From positions 2,403,401 through 2,467,400 of the forward strand of contig CAVZJV010000014.1 of the NCBI GenBank assembly GCA_963775685.1: a stretch of 64,000 nt of DNA. Direction: 5' to 3'. Both the position numbers and the translations under genes were made by a program. The notes beneath the pieces were generated by a model, which saw nothing but the letters and a program-made list of their open reading frames with translations, searched no databases and was not told where the DNA came from. How positions within the stretch are numbered: the first letter of the stretch is position 1; the number at the start of each line of letters is the position of its first letter. Of the stretch, positions 43,585 to 56,208 are shown in pieces. The DNA is from Candidatus Bathyarchaeota archaeon (GTDB lineage Archaea; Thermoproteota; Bathyarchaeia; Bathyarchaeales; Bathycorpusculaceae).

Positions 43585-45303
43585 GTGGCAACAAATTTCC
43601 GGCCATTCGTCCGGGCCGCCGTGGCGCTCGCCGCCGCCGTTGCGACACACGCTTGGGCGCAGACCGCAACACCGCCTCCCGGCGCAGTGCCGACGCCCGA
43701 GCAACTGCGACCCACTCTGCCCGCTGCCAAATCCGACGCACCGGCGCTACCGACCCCCGCCGTGCCACGCGAACTTGGCAAACCGAGCGAAGAGATCACG
43801 CTCGACGTGACGTCGTACACGGTCGACGCTTCCGCACCGGCGCCGCTGCGTGCCGCGCTCGCGGGCCTGACCGCCCCCTTCGTCGGCAAACAGCGCAGCT
43901 ACGAGGATCTGGTCAACGCGGCCGGCGCGGTGACCCGCTATCTCCAGCGCGAGATGGGCTTCTATCTCGGCTACGCCTACCTGCCCGAACAGACGCCCGT
44001 CGGCGGTGTGATCCGCATCGCCGTGCTCGAAGGCCGGCTGGACGAGGTCATCCTGAACTGGCCCGAGAAGATGCCGCTCGAGCGCAGCGTCGTCGAGGCC
44101 TACCTCGCGCGGCTCAAGCCGGGCGAGATCCTGCACGTGCGCGACGTCGAACGCATCGTCTTCCTCGTCAACGACCTGCGCGGCATCACGGCGCGGTTCG
44201 AAGTCAAGTCCGGTCGCACGCCCGGCACCGCCTCCCTGGTCGTGACGCCGCAGCCGGAGAACCGCATCGTCAGCCGCGCCGAGGTCGACACCTCCGGCTC
44301 GCGCTACTCGGGCGTGGGGCGCGTGAGCTGGCTGAGCACGATCAGCAGTCCGCTCGGGCGCGGCGACGGCCTGGTCCTGAACGCGCTCACGACCACCACG
44401 CGCGGGCTGATGTTCGGGCTGGCCGGCTACACGCTGCCGGTGGGCTCCGACGGGCTCAAGATCGGCGCCTCGCTGTCGCTGGTCCGCTACGAGCTCGATC
44501 GCGACGAGCTGCCGCTCGGCCTCACCGGTGACGCCGCGACGCTGACGCTGTATTCCCTGTACCCCGTGATCCGCTCGCGCAACCTGAACCTGTTCGCGCT
44601 CGTCTCGCTCGACGGCAAGCAATTCAACGACCGCACCGAAGCCACCGGCCTGGAAGCCCGCAAGCGCGCCACCGACCTCCAGTTGTCGGTTTCCGGCGAC
44701 GCGCGCGACGACCTTCTCACCGGCGGCGTCAACACCTACGAGCTGAGCCTGATCCAGGGCCGCATCACGGCGAGCCGGCCGCTGCCCGCCGACATCGCGG
44801 CCAGCTACACGCTGGTCCGGGCGAACGCGTCGCGACTGCAGAACATCGCGTCGAACCGGTTGCTCCTGTACGCCGCCCTGAAGGGGCAGCTCGCGACCAA
44901 GAACCTCGACAGCACCGAACAGTTCCAGCTCGGCGGGCCCGACCGCGTGCGCGCCTTCGCGCCGGGCGAAGGCACCGGCGACACCGGCCTGGTGCTGTCG
45001 CTGGAGCTGCGCTACCTGCCGCCGGAAGACTGGTTCGGCCGGATCGCGCGCGAGCTCGTCTTCAGCGCGTTCTACGACACCGGTCGCATCAAGTTCAAGG
45101 ACTCTCCCCTGCCCATCGCACCGGGCGACGACCCGGTGGCGAACACGTCGACGCTGAGCGGCTGGGGCATCGGCGCCGTCTGGGACCGCCCGCGCGACTT
45201 CGCCCTGCGCGCCTACCTGGCATGGCCCAGCAGCGGCGTGGCCGTCAACGACACCGTGGTCAAGAAGCCGCGGCTCTACCTGACTGCGAACAAGACCTTC
45301 TGA
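43585..45303 (+). CDS. Two-partner secretion transporter TpsB (ShlB/FhaC/HecB family)
   Basis: Signal peptide from GTG at 43585 (…THAWA), POTRA AYLPEQ...IRIAVLEG, L6 motif LGGPDRVRAF, FYDTG, terminal Phe. Confidence 0.92.
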   Translation: MATNFRPFVRAAVALAAAVATHAWAQTATPPPGAVPTPEQLRPTLPAAKSDAPALPTPAVPRELGKPSEEITLDVTSYTVDASAPAPLRAALAGLTAPFVGKQRSYEDLVNAAGAVTRYLQREMGFYLGYAYLPEQTPVGGVIRIAVLEGRLDEVILNWPEKMPLERSVVEAYLARLKPGEILHVRDVERIVFLVNDLRGITARFEVKSGRTPGTASLVVTPQPENRIVSRAEVDTSGSRYSGVGRVSWLSTISSPLGRGDGLVLNALTTTTRGLMFGLAGYTLPVGSDGLKIGASLSLVRYELDRDELPLGLTGDAATLTLYSLYPVIRSRNLNLFALVSLDGKQFNDRTEATGLEARKRATDLQLSVSGDARDDLLTGGVNTYELSLIQGRITASRPLPADIAASYTLVRANASRLQNIASNRLLLYAALKGQLATKNLDSTEQFQLGGPDRVRAFAPGEGTGDTGLVLSLELRYLPPEDWFGRIARELVFSAFYDTGRIKFKDSPLPIAPGDDPVANTSTLSGWGIGAVWDRPRDFALRAYLAWPSSGVAVNDTVVKKPRLYLTANKTF

Positions 45304-45311
45304 CCATCATC

Positions 45312-48300
45312 ATGAAGACACGCTCGCCCCGGCCGTCACGCCCCGCCGTCTCCACACGCTCGGCTTCGTTCGCACTGCACCCGCTCAGCCTGGCCTCGCT
45401 GATCGCGCTCGCCGGTCCGGCGCTGGCATTGCCGCAGGGCGCCGTGGTCGTCAGCGGCAAGGCGACGGTGACGAAGCCGACGAGCACGACGCAAGTCGTC
45501 ACGCAGAGCACCGACAAGGCGATCATCGACTGGACGAGTTTCTCGATCGCCGCCGGCGAGAAGGTGCGCTTCGACCAGCCCACCAGCAGCGCGGTGATCC
45601 TGAACCGCGTCACCGGCTACGACCCGTCGAAGATCTTCGGCAGCCTCGAAGCCAATGGCCGGGTCTTCCTGCTCAACCCCTATGGCGTGGTCTTCGGCGC
45701 GAGTGCGCGCGTCGACGTCGGCGGCCTGGTCGCGTCGTCGCTGAGCCTGTCGAACGCCGACTTCAATGCCGGCCGGCTGCGCCTGACATCGAACGACGGC
45801 TCCGGCCTGGCCATCCGCGGCGAGGTGCGCAACGAGGGACTCATCTCGGCGCCTGGCGGCACGGTCGTGCTCGCCGGCCCTTCCGTCTCCAACAGCGGCG
45901 TGATCGAGGCGCGCAACGGTCGCGTCGGCATGGCCGCGGTGCAGGACGTGCTCGTCGACGTCGAAGGCGACGGCCTGATCTTCTTCCAGGCCTCGGCCAC
46001 CGACGCCGGCAATCGTCTCGCGCAGCTCGGGCGCATCCAGGCCGATGGCGGCAGCGTCGAACTGCGTGCCGCAGCGCGGGGCGCGTTCGCGGACACGGTG
46101 CTGAACATGAGCGGCGTCGTGCAGGCGCGCGCGATCGGCACCCGCGAGGGTCGCATCGTGATCGACGGCGGCGAGTCGGGGATCACGCGCGTCGCCGGCG
46201 CGCTCGATGCCAGCGGCGCCAGCGCCGGCGAACACGGTGGAGCGATCTCCGTCCGTGGCCAGAAGGTGTTGCTCGACCTCGCCGCGGTGCTGAACGCTTC
46301 CGGCGACGCCGGCGGTGGCACTGCGACTGTCGGCGGCAACTGGCAGGGCGAGGGGGGCGGCAACGCCGAGATGACCCACGTGGCACGCGGCGCCCGAATC
46401 GACGTGAGCGCGACCTCGAGCGGCGACGGCGGCACGGCCGTGGTGTGGTCCGACCAGAACACCCGTTACCTGGGTGACATCGCGGCACGCGGCGGGGCGG
46501 ACGGCGGCAACGGCGGCAAGGTCGAGGTGTCGGGCAAGGCCTACCTCGCCTTCGAAGGCGACGTCGATCTGGCGGCACCCGTCGGGCGCGCCGGCTCGCT
46601 GCTGCTGGATCCGTCCGATATTCACATCACGACGGGCACGAACTCCGTCGATCTGACGGACACGACTGCACCGTTCGACGTCCTTGGCGTCAACGCGACG
46701 TCGATCCTGAACGTCGGCACGCTCACCAACCTGCTGCGCTCCACTGCAGGCGGCGGCGACGTGATCGTCAACGCCACGGCAGGCAGCGGCGGAGCCGGTT
46801 CGATCAGCGTCGACACGGCGGTCACCTGGAATTCCCAGCACTCGCTGACCCTCCTCGGATCGGGGGCGATCGACGCCAACGCCGCGATCACCAATAACGG
46901 CAACGGCAACCTGAACCTGTTCACCAGCGGCGCGGTGACGCTGAACAGCCCCGTGACGCTCAACGGCGGTACGTTCACCGTCGCGGGCACGGCTGGTGCC
47001 GGCAGCCGCGCCGCCTCGTTGACGACCGGCGCCAGCGGCACCATCACGACGACCCCCAACGCCGCCGGCGTCAACGGCGGCAACGTGAACATCGCGACAT
47101 CGGGTGACATCACGCTGGGCGCCGCCATCACGACAGCGACGACCGTGGCGGTCGCCGACACCGCGGGTGGCAAGGGAGGCGATGTCTCGCTGACCACCAC
47201 CGACGGCGGCATCGTCGCCCAGGCCATCACGACCAGCGGCATCAACAACATTGCCGGCGGCGGACCGAGCATGAACAGCGGCACGACCCGCCGCGGCGGC
47301 AACGCAGGCAGCGTGACCCTGCAGGTCAGCGCCGCGACCAGCGACCGCGCCATCGATGTGCAGGGCCAGATCCTCGCCAACGGGGGCAGCGGTGGAGCCG
47401 GCAGCGGCAACAACGACGACGGCGGTGATGGCGGGACGGGTGGCGCGGTGCTGATCAGCACGTCGCAGGGCGCGGTGACCACGCTCGGCATCAACGCGAG
47501 CGGCGGGACCGGCGGCAACGGTGCCGCGAACAACACCGATGGCGGCACGGGCGGGGCTGCGGGCACCATCACCGTGACGGCGGCCGGGAACCTGGCTGCG
47601 CGCGACGGTCAACGGCACGCTCAACGCCCGCGGCGGCGTCGGCGGGAACGGCGATCTGTCCAATGGCACGCAGGGGGCCGGCGGCGCCGGCAACACCGTC
47701 GCCGTGACCTCTGGCGGCGGCGCAGTGACGATCGGCGCCGTGACCACCGGCGGGGGCAATCACGGGACCGGGAATACGGGCGCGGCAGCCGGCGCCAACC
47801 GCGGCATCACGGTGTTGGCGGGTACGAACCTCGACCTGACCGGTGCGCTTGACGCGACCGGCGGCACCGGCAACGCTGCCGTCGCGCTCTCATTCGGCAA
47901 AGCAGACGCGGGTGGGGTCATGAACCTCGGCAGCGGGCTGGTCAGCGCGGGTTCGCTGGCATTGGCCGGCGGTGGCGGCACCGACACCCTCGTCGCCACC
48001 CTGCCGGCGGGAGGCGCTACGCTGACCCTGGGCGCCGCGACGCTGACGATGACCGGTCTGCCGGCAACGACGACCGTCACCTCCATCGAGGCCGCCAGCG
48101 TCACCGGCGGCAGCGGAAACGACACGATCAGCGTCGCAGCGTTCGGCGGCACCGCCACCATCAATGCCTCGGCCGGCACCGACGCCATCACCGGCAACGG
48201 CGCCAGCACGACGCTGGTCGGGCCGGCCTCGGGCACCTACGCCATCAGCGGCGCGCGCGCCGGCTCGGTCGGTGGCACCACCTTCACGGCGGTCGGGACG

Positions 48301-51300
48301 ATCGACGGCGGCAGCGGCGACGACAGCTTCACGCTCGCCGCCGGCGTCACGACCTTCAACGGCACGATCAACGGCGGCGGCGGCACCAACACGCTGACGC
48401 TGACCGACGGCACGAACGCGATCGCGGTGACCGGCGCCAACGCCGGCACCGTGAACACCAGCACGGCCTTCAGCGGCATCTCCAGCGTGACCGGCGGCAG
48501 CGGCGCCGACACGTTCACGCTGGGCAGCGGCATCACCGGTTTCGGCGGGACGCTGGCGGGTGGCGCCGGCACGAACGCGCTGGCGCTGACCGACGGCAGC
48601 AACGCGATCACGCTGACGGGCGCGAACGCGGGGACCCTGAACACGACCACCGCCTTCAGCGGCATCGCGACGCTGACGGGCGGCAGCGGGAACGACACCT
48701 TCACGCTGGCGAGCGGGGTCACCAGCTTCAACGGTTCCATCGACGGCGGCGGCGGCGCCAACACGCTCGCTGCCACCGACGGCAGCAACACCTTCGCGGT
48801 CACCGGAGACGCCAGCGGCACGCTGAACACGACGACCCTGTTCTCCAACATCGCCACACTGGCCGGCGGCAGCGGCAGCGACACCTTGTCCGTGACCAGC
48901 GACGTCGCGAACCTGACGCTCACGAACGCGGCATTGACCCGCACGGCACTGACCACGATCGGCCTGTCGGGCTTCGAAGCCTCTGCGCTCGGCGGTGGCG
49001 CGGGCGACAACATCATCACGGCCAGCGGCTTCAGCGGCAGCGTCAGCGTGGCGGCGAGCGCCGGCGCCGACACCGTCGTCGGCAACGGCACCGCGACCAC
49101 GCTGGCGGGCACCGACAACGCCTCGGCATTCTCGATCACCAACGCGAACGTCGGCACGCTCACCGAGGGCGCCAACGCGACGACCTTCAGCGGCGTCACC
49201 CAGCTGACCGGCGGCAGTGCCAACGACACGTTCACGCTCGGCCAGCGGCGTGAGTTCGTTCGCCGGCACGCTCGCCGGCGGGGGTGGCAGCAACACGCTG
49301 GCGCTGACCGACGGCACCAACACGATCGCGCTCGGCGGCTCGAATGCCGGCACGCTCAATGGCAGCACGACGTTCAGCGGCATCGCCGTACTCACCGGCG
49401 GCAGCGGTACCGACACGATCGTCGGCCCCGCCGCCGGGGCGGCCTTCGCGATCACGAACGCGAATGCAGTCACGGTCGCGGGCATCGGCGCCACCGGCAT
49501 CGAAGCCCTGGTCGGAGGCGGTGGCAACGACACCTTCACGTTCGGCGCAGGCGTGGCGAGCTTCAATGGCCAGATCGCCGGCGGCGGCGGCGCCGACACG
49601 CTGACCCTGACCGACGGCACGAACGCGGTCGCCGTGTCGGGCGCGAACGCGGGCACGGTGAACACCAGCACCGCCTTCAGCGCAATCGCCACGGTCAACG
49701 GCGGCAGTGGCGCCGACACGTTCACGCTCGGCAGCGGCGTGACGACCTTCGGCGGAACACTGGCGGGCGGTGGCGGCACGAATGCGCTCGTCCTCACCGA
49801 CGGCACGAACGCGATCACACTGACCGCGGCCAACGCCGGTTCGCTGAACGGCAGCACCACGTTCAGCGGCGTCTCGACCCTGAGCGGCGGGAGCGGAACG
49901 GACACCGTGACCGGCCCCGCGGGCGGCGCGGCCTTCGCGATCAGCGGCGCCAACGCCGTCACCGTCGCGAGCGTCAGCGCCACCGGCATCGAAGCCCTGG
50001 TCGGCGGCGCCGGCAACGACACGTTCACCCTCGGCGCCGGCGTGGCGACGTTCAACGGTTCGATCAACGGCGGCGGCGGATCCAACACGCTGGCCCTGAC
50101 CGACGGCAGCAACGCGATCGCGGTGACCGGCGCCAACGCCGGGACCGTCAACGGGTCGACCGCGTTCAGCGGGATCGGCACCCTGGCCGGCGGCACGGGC
50201 GCCGACACACTGACGGGTCCCGCCGCCGGCACGAGTTTCACGCTCGACGGTGCGAACGCGGTGACGGTGGCCGGTATCGGCGCGACCTCGATCAACGCGC
50301 TTGTCGGCGGCGCGGGCGACGACACCTTCACGCTCGGCAGCGGCGTGGCCTCGTTCGGCGCGTCGATCGACGGCGGCGGGGGGAGCAACACACTGGGCGC
50401 GACGAACGGCGCCAACACCTTCGCGGTCGCCGCGGCGAACAGCGGCACGCTGAACGCGAGCACGTCCTTCACCAACGTCGCCAACCTCGCCGGCGGCAGC
50501 GGCTCGGACAACTTCGTATTCGCGGCCTCGATCGCCGCGGTCCTGAGCGGCACGATCAACGGGGGCGCCGGCAGCAACAGCCTCGACCTCAGCGCCAAGG
50601 CCCCCGGGCCGCTGGTCGTCAACCAGTCCGGCAGCGTCACGGACAACGGCGCGAGCGTCGTGGCCGGGTTCAGCAACATCGGTGCGTTGATCGGCAATGG
50701 CACGAACACCGAGCTGATCGGCTCGAGCGCAGGACAGACCTTCACGCTCGGCGGCGACCTCTCGGGCTCGGCCGGGAGCATGGTCTTCAGCGGGGTGACG
50801 CGACTCACCGGCAACGGCGCCACCGACACGCTCGCAGTGGCCAACGACGTCGCGGCCATCACGCTGACCGACACGTCGATCGCCCGCAGCGGGTTCACGA
50901 CCATCGCGATCTCGGGCTTCGAGGCAGCGTCGTTGAGCGGCGGCGCGGGCGCCAATGCGATCGGCGCAGGCGCGTTCTCGGGCGCCGTCTCGGTGCTCGC
51001 CACCGCGGGCGCCGACACCGTCACCGGCAATGGCGCGGGGACGACACTGGTCGGCACGGCGACCGGGTCCACGTTCACGGTCGGGGGCGCCGACAGCGGC
51101 AGCCTTTTCGATGGGGCCAACACGACGACCTTCGCCAGCGTGGGCAACCTCGCCGGCGGCAACGGCAACGACGCGTTCGCGATCCAGAACGCCGGCACGC
51201 TGAGCGGCGGCATCAACGGCGGCGGCGGGACCAACACGCTCGACCTGAGCCAGAAGTCGAGCGCGACGATCGTCTTCAACCAGGGTTCGAGCACGATCTC

Positions 51301-54300
51301 CGGGGTCGGCGTCGCGGGCGCGATCACGAACATCGCCACGACGATCGGCAACGGCCTGAACACCACACTGCTGGGCAGCAACGCCGGTCAGACGTTCGCG
51401 ATCACGGCCGACAACCAGATCACCGTCGACGGCTCGCAGGTCTTCCAGGGTGTCGGCAACCTGAATGCCGGCACCGGGGCGGACAGCATCAGCGGCGACA
51501 TTGCCTTCCACCTCGACGGCAACATCGTCGACGCCGGCGGAACGACCTCGCTCGCCGGCACGATCATCACCTACGGCAACCAGACCTACGCCGGTGCCGT
51601 GACGGCGGCCGCCCCGCTGGGTCTGGCGGCCCTGGGCAACATCACCGCGACGAACGGCGGCAATGACTTCGGCACGCTGTCGCTGTACACGGCCGGGACC
51701 GGCGGTGTGGCGATCGTCGATGCGAACAACCTGACGCTCGATGTCGTGTCGCTGGCAGGCAGTGGCGCCAACAGCATCAGCGCCGGCACCTCGCTGAGCC
51801 GGACGACGGCCCTGTCCACCGCAACCACTCCGACCCTGACGGTCGGCGGCGTGGTGGTCAACGCGGGCGTCAACACGCTGTTCACCGGCGGCGCGGCGAC
51901 CTCGGTCCAGATTCAGGCCGGCGCCGGCGGCACGCACAACGTGAGCGCCACGGGCGTCAGCGTGTTGCCCGGCCTCGCGGTCTCGGGCAACCTGGCCGTG
52001 ACCGCCATTGCGAACCTGACGCAATCCGGTGCGCTGACAGTCGGCGGCACGACGACCATCGACGCCGGCGCGAACAACATCACACTGGCCTCGGCCAACG
52101 ACTTCCAGGGTGCGGTCTCCCTCACCGGCGGCGCCACCCAGATCACCGATGCCAACGCGCTCACGCTGGGCACGCTGGCCACCGGCGCGCTGACGGCCAC
52201 CTCCAGCGGCGCGCTCGGCCTCGGCCAGGGCAGCGTCGGCGGCAACCTCACGGCCACCAGCAACGGCGGTGCGGTCTCGCAGTCCGGCGCGCTGATCGTC
52301 GCGGGCACGAGCAACGTCAACGCCGGTGCCGGCGCGATCACGCTGGCCTCGGGCAACGACTTCCAGGGTGCGGTCTCCCTCACCGGCGGCGCCACCCAGA
52401 TCACCGATGCCAACGCGCTCACGCTGGGCACGCTGGCCACCGGCGCGCTGACGGCCACCTCCAGCGGCGCGCTCGGCCTCGGCCAGGGCAGCGTCGGCGG
52501 CAACCTCACGGCCACCAGCAACGGCGGTGCGGTCTCGCAGTCCGGCGCGCTGATCGTCGCGGGCACGAGCAACGTCAACGCCGGTGCCGGCGCGATCACG
52601 CTGGCCTCGGGCAACGACTTCCAGGGTGCGGTCTCCCTCACCGGCGGCGCCACCCAGATCACCGATGCCAACGCGCTCACGCTGGGCACGCTGGCCACCG
52701 GTGCACTGACGGCCACCTCCAGCCGGCGCGCTCGGCCTCGGCCAGGGCAGCGTCGGCGGCAACCTCACGGCCACCAGCAACGGCGGTGCGGTCTCGCAGT
52801 CCGGCGCGCTGATCGTCGCGGGCACGAGCAACGTCAACGCCGGTGCCGGCGCGATCACGCTGGCCTCGGCCAACGACTTCCAGGGTGCGGTCTCCCTCAC
52901 CGGCGGCGCCACCCAGATCACCGATGCCAACGCGCTCACGCTGGGCGCGCTGGCCACCGGCGCGCTGACGGCCACCTCCAGCGGCGCGCTCGGCCTCGGC
53001 CAGGGCAGCGTCGGCGGCAACCTCACGGCCACCAGCAACGGCGGTGCGGTCTCGCAGTCCGGCGCGCTGATCGTCGCGGGCACGAGCAACGTCAACGCCG
53101 GTGCCGGCGCGATCACGCTGGCCTCGGGCAACGACTTCCAGGGTGCGGTCTCCCTCACCGGCGGCGCCACCCAGATCACCGATGCCAACGCGCTCACGCT
53201 GGGCGCGCTGGCCACCGGTGCACTGACGGCCACCTCCAGCGGCGCGCTCGGCCTCGGCCAGGGCAGCGTCGGCGGCAACCTCGCGGCCACCAGCAACGGC
53301 GGTGCGGTCTCGCAGTCCGGCGCGCTGATCGTCGCGGGCACGAGCAACGTCAACGCCGGTGCCGGCGCGATCACGCTGGCCTCGGCCAACGACTTCCAGG
53401 GTGCGGTCTCCCTCACCGGCGGCGCCACCCAGATCACCGATGCCAACGCGCTCGCGCTGGGCACTGTCAACGTCGCAGCGGGCCAGGCCTTCACCGCCAC
53501 CGGCACCACTCTCACGCTGAACAACGACATCACCACGACCGCGGACCAGACCTATGTCGGCAACATGACGCTCGCCGCCGACGTCGCGCTGGCCGCGGGC
53601 AGCGCACGCATCGACGTGCAGGGTGGCGTGGACGGCGGCGGGCACAGTCTTGCGCTGACGAGCACGGGCCTGGGCGCGAACGCGCTGTCGATCGGCGGTC
53701 CGGTCTCGAACACGGCGCAGTTCACCGCGAACGGTCGCAGCACGATTGGCGCGAACGTCACCACGTCCGGCAACCAGACCTACGCCGGACTCGTGACGTT
53801 GACCGGCGACGCCGCCCTCGACGCCGGCGCGGCGACCATCGCCCTGCTGAGCGGCGCCGACGGCGGTGCGCACGACCTCACGCTGGCGAGCACCGATGGT
53901 GCGGCCAACGCCATCGCGACCGGCGGGCCGATCGGCAACGTCCACGCCTTCACGACCCAGGGCCGCACCAGCCTCGGCGGCAACGTCACGACCTCGGCGA
54001 CGCAGACCTACAACGGCACGCTGCTGCTCGGCAGCGACGTCACGCTGAGCGGCACGACGCTGGTGTTCGGCGGCAACGTCGACGGCGCGCATGCGCTGAC
54101 GGTCAACGGCAGCGGATCGACCGCCGTCTTCAACGCCGCGGTCGGCAGCGGCGTCGCGTTGAATCTGCTGAACGTGACCGGGCCGACGCAGCTCAACGCG
54201 AACGTCACCACCTCGGGCAGCCAGACCTACGCCGGGGCCGTCACGCTCGGCAGCGACGCGACGCTCAGCGGCAGCGCGATCACGTTCGCCAGCACGCTGG

Positions 54301-56208
54301 ACGGCGCCCACGCGCTGACACTGCAGAGCGCGGGCACGACGACGTTCGCCGGTGAACGTCGGTGCGCTCGCGCCGCTGAGCTCGCTGACCACGACCGGCG
54401 GGGGTGCGGTCGCGGTGACGTCCGCGAGCATCGACACCTCGGGGGCGCAGAGCTACGGCGGCAACGTCCAGGTCGGCGGCAATGCACGCCTGAGCGGCGG
54501 GTCGCTGGCCTTCGCCGCGGGCATCGCCGGCGCGCAGGATCTGCAACTGGAGGCGGACACGCTGACCGTCGCGGGCACCATCAGCGGATCCGGCGCCTTG
54601 TCGATCCGGCCGCGCAGCGCGAGCCGCTCGGTCGGCGTCGGCGCGCCGGGGGACCTGCAGGTCTTGCCGGCTGCTCGCCGCCGCCACCGGCTTCACACAG
54701 CACGTCATCGGCCGCGCCGACGGGAGCGGGGACGTGACCGTCGGCGCGCTCGCGCTGAACGCCAACACGACGCTGCAGAGCGGCACCGGCGACATCCTGC
54801 TCACGGGGGCGGTGAACGGCGGCTTCGACCTGGTGCTGAACACGGCGTGGGACGACGCGCATCTCCGCGCCCGTCGGCACCACCACCGCGCTGCGCAGCC
54901 TGACGCACCGACAACAACGCCGCCGCCTCCGACTGGGACGGCACGAGCGGCGAGCACACGCTGATCGACACGTCGACGCGACCGGTCGGGCGCAGATCGT
55001 CACCACCGGGGCGCAGACCTACAACGACCCGCTGATCGCGCTCGTGCCCGTGCAGTTCACCGGCGGCGCGGTCAGTGCCGATGCAGGCGGCGAACCGCTT
55101 CGACGGCGGTGTGAACGCCAGCGCCGCGCAGCTCGACCTGCGCAGCACATCGGCCCTCACCCTCGGCGACGTCACGCTGTCGGGCGGCGGCCGCATCGAG
55201 ACCGACGGCGTGCTCGAGCTCGGCGGTGCGCTCGTGCTGAACGGCGGCACGCTGAGCCTGATCACGAACGCGACCCCCGGCGCGGTCGACTTCACCGATC
55301 CCGAACTGCAGGGCCGCGGCCTGAGCTTCGGCCTGGTGCCCTTGAGCGAAGCCAGCGCGACGCTGTTCCAGGGTGCCGGCTCGACCATGAGTTCCGCGGC
55401 CGGCAGCCTGCTGGTGCTGCGGTCCACCCAGGGCGGCTCGCTGCAGCTCGAGAACGCCGGCAACGACCTGCGCGGCGGGATCTCGGCGGTGAGCGGCCTG
55501 CTCGGCGACAACAGCACGACGCGCTTCACGGCGCTGCCGCTCGGCTTCGTGCGCATCAACTCGACCGAGATCAACGCCGTCGGCGCGCCGCCGGCTGACG
55601 GGTCGCAGACCCTGCTGCAGGCAGGCATCGAGGGCGACGTGCTCAAGCTCAGCGCCGACCGCATCACGACCGGTGCGACCGGCCAGTTGCGGGCCCGGCT
55701 GCCGTTCGACAACAGCCAGGGCTCGCAGAGCTCGGTGCCGGGCATCACGCTGATCATGAGCCCCACCGCGCTGACGGTCGGCGGCGGTTTCGGGCTGGCG
55801 ACACCGGATGGCTACATCCAGGTCCGCATCGGCAGCGAGCTCGGCGGCTACCTGACCGTGCGGCCGCGCGGCGCGAGCGGCGACAACGCCTTCATCCTGC
55901 TCGCCGGGCCCGATCCGAAGCCGTTCTACGACGGCAACGGCAAGCTGACCGAGGTGCGCGTCTTCTACAACGGCGACGCGCCCCGCACGCCGCAGGAGTC
56001 GGGCGCGCTGACGGCCGTCACGGCGATCGTCGAGGACGCGCGCCAGACCCGCTTCGAGGAGGCGGTGCGCACGGAGAACGTGAAGTCGCGGCTTCGCTCC
56101 GGCGTGATCGCGGAGGTCGGCGCGGGCCGGCCGGCGACGGTCGGGCGGGAGTCCATCATGCTGCCGCCCACCTGCAGCCCGAAGGGGACGTCGCTGCAAT
56201 GCGAGTGA
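45312..56208 (+). CDS. Giant TpsA filamentous-haemagglutinin-like exoprotein (~3,600 aa if frameshifts are corrected)
   Basis: Signal peptide ...PALA|LPQG, TPS domain LNRVTG...NGRVFLLNPYG, GGNGGKVEVSG...LLLDP, G/T/A/N-rich beta-helix repeats. ORF pieces 45222-47852, 47704-, 49217- and 55075-56208 are linked by frameshifts (approx. 47605, 49243, 52723, 54352, 54680-55080). Confidence 0.88.
48100..51500 (+). repeat. Degenerate ~60-aa repeats with GGxGxD (RTX-like) motifs inside TpsA
   Basis: Recurrent GGSGNDTFTL...GGGGTNTLALTDG...GANAGT(V/L)N units. Confidence 0.75.
52085..53465 (+). repeat. 258-bp (86-aa) near-identical tandem repeat, 5 full copies plus a partial copy
   Basis: Unit starts CTGGCCTCGG at 52085, 52343, 52601, 52860, 53118 and 53376. 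One unit is 259 bp because of an extra C near 52723. Confidence 0.95.

Noticed and set aside
52085-53465. Tandem repeats as a CRISPR array or DGR-type element
   Set aside because: The units are 258 bp, in-frame coding and contiguous, with no unique spacers and no cas or reverse-transcriptase gene nearby.
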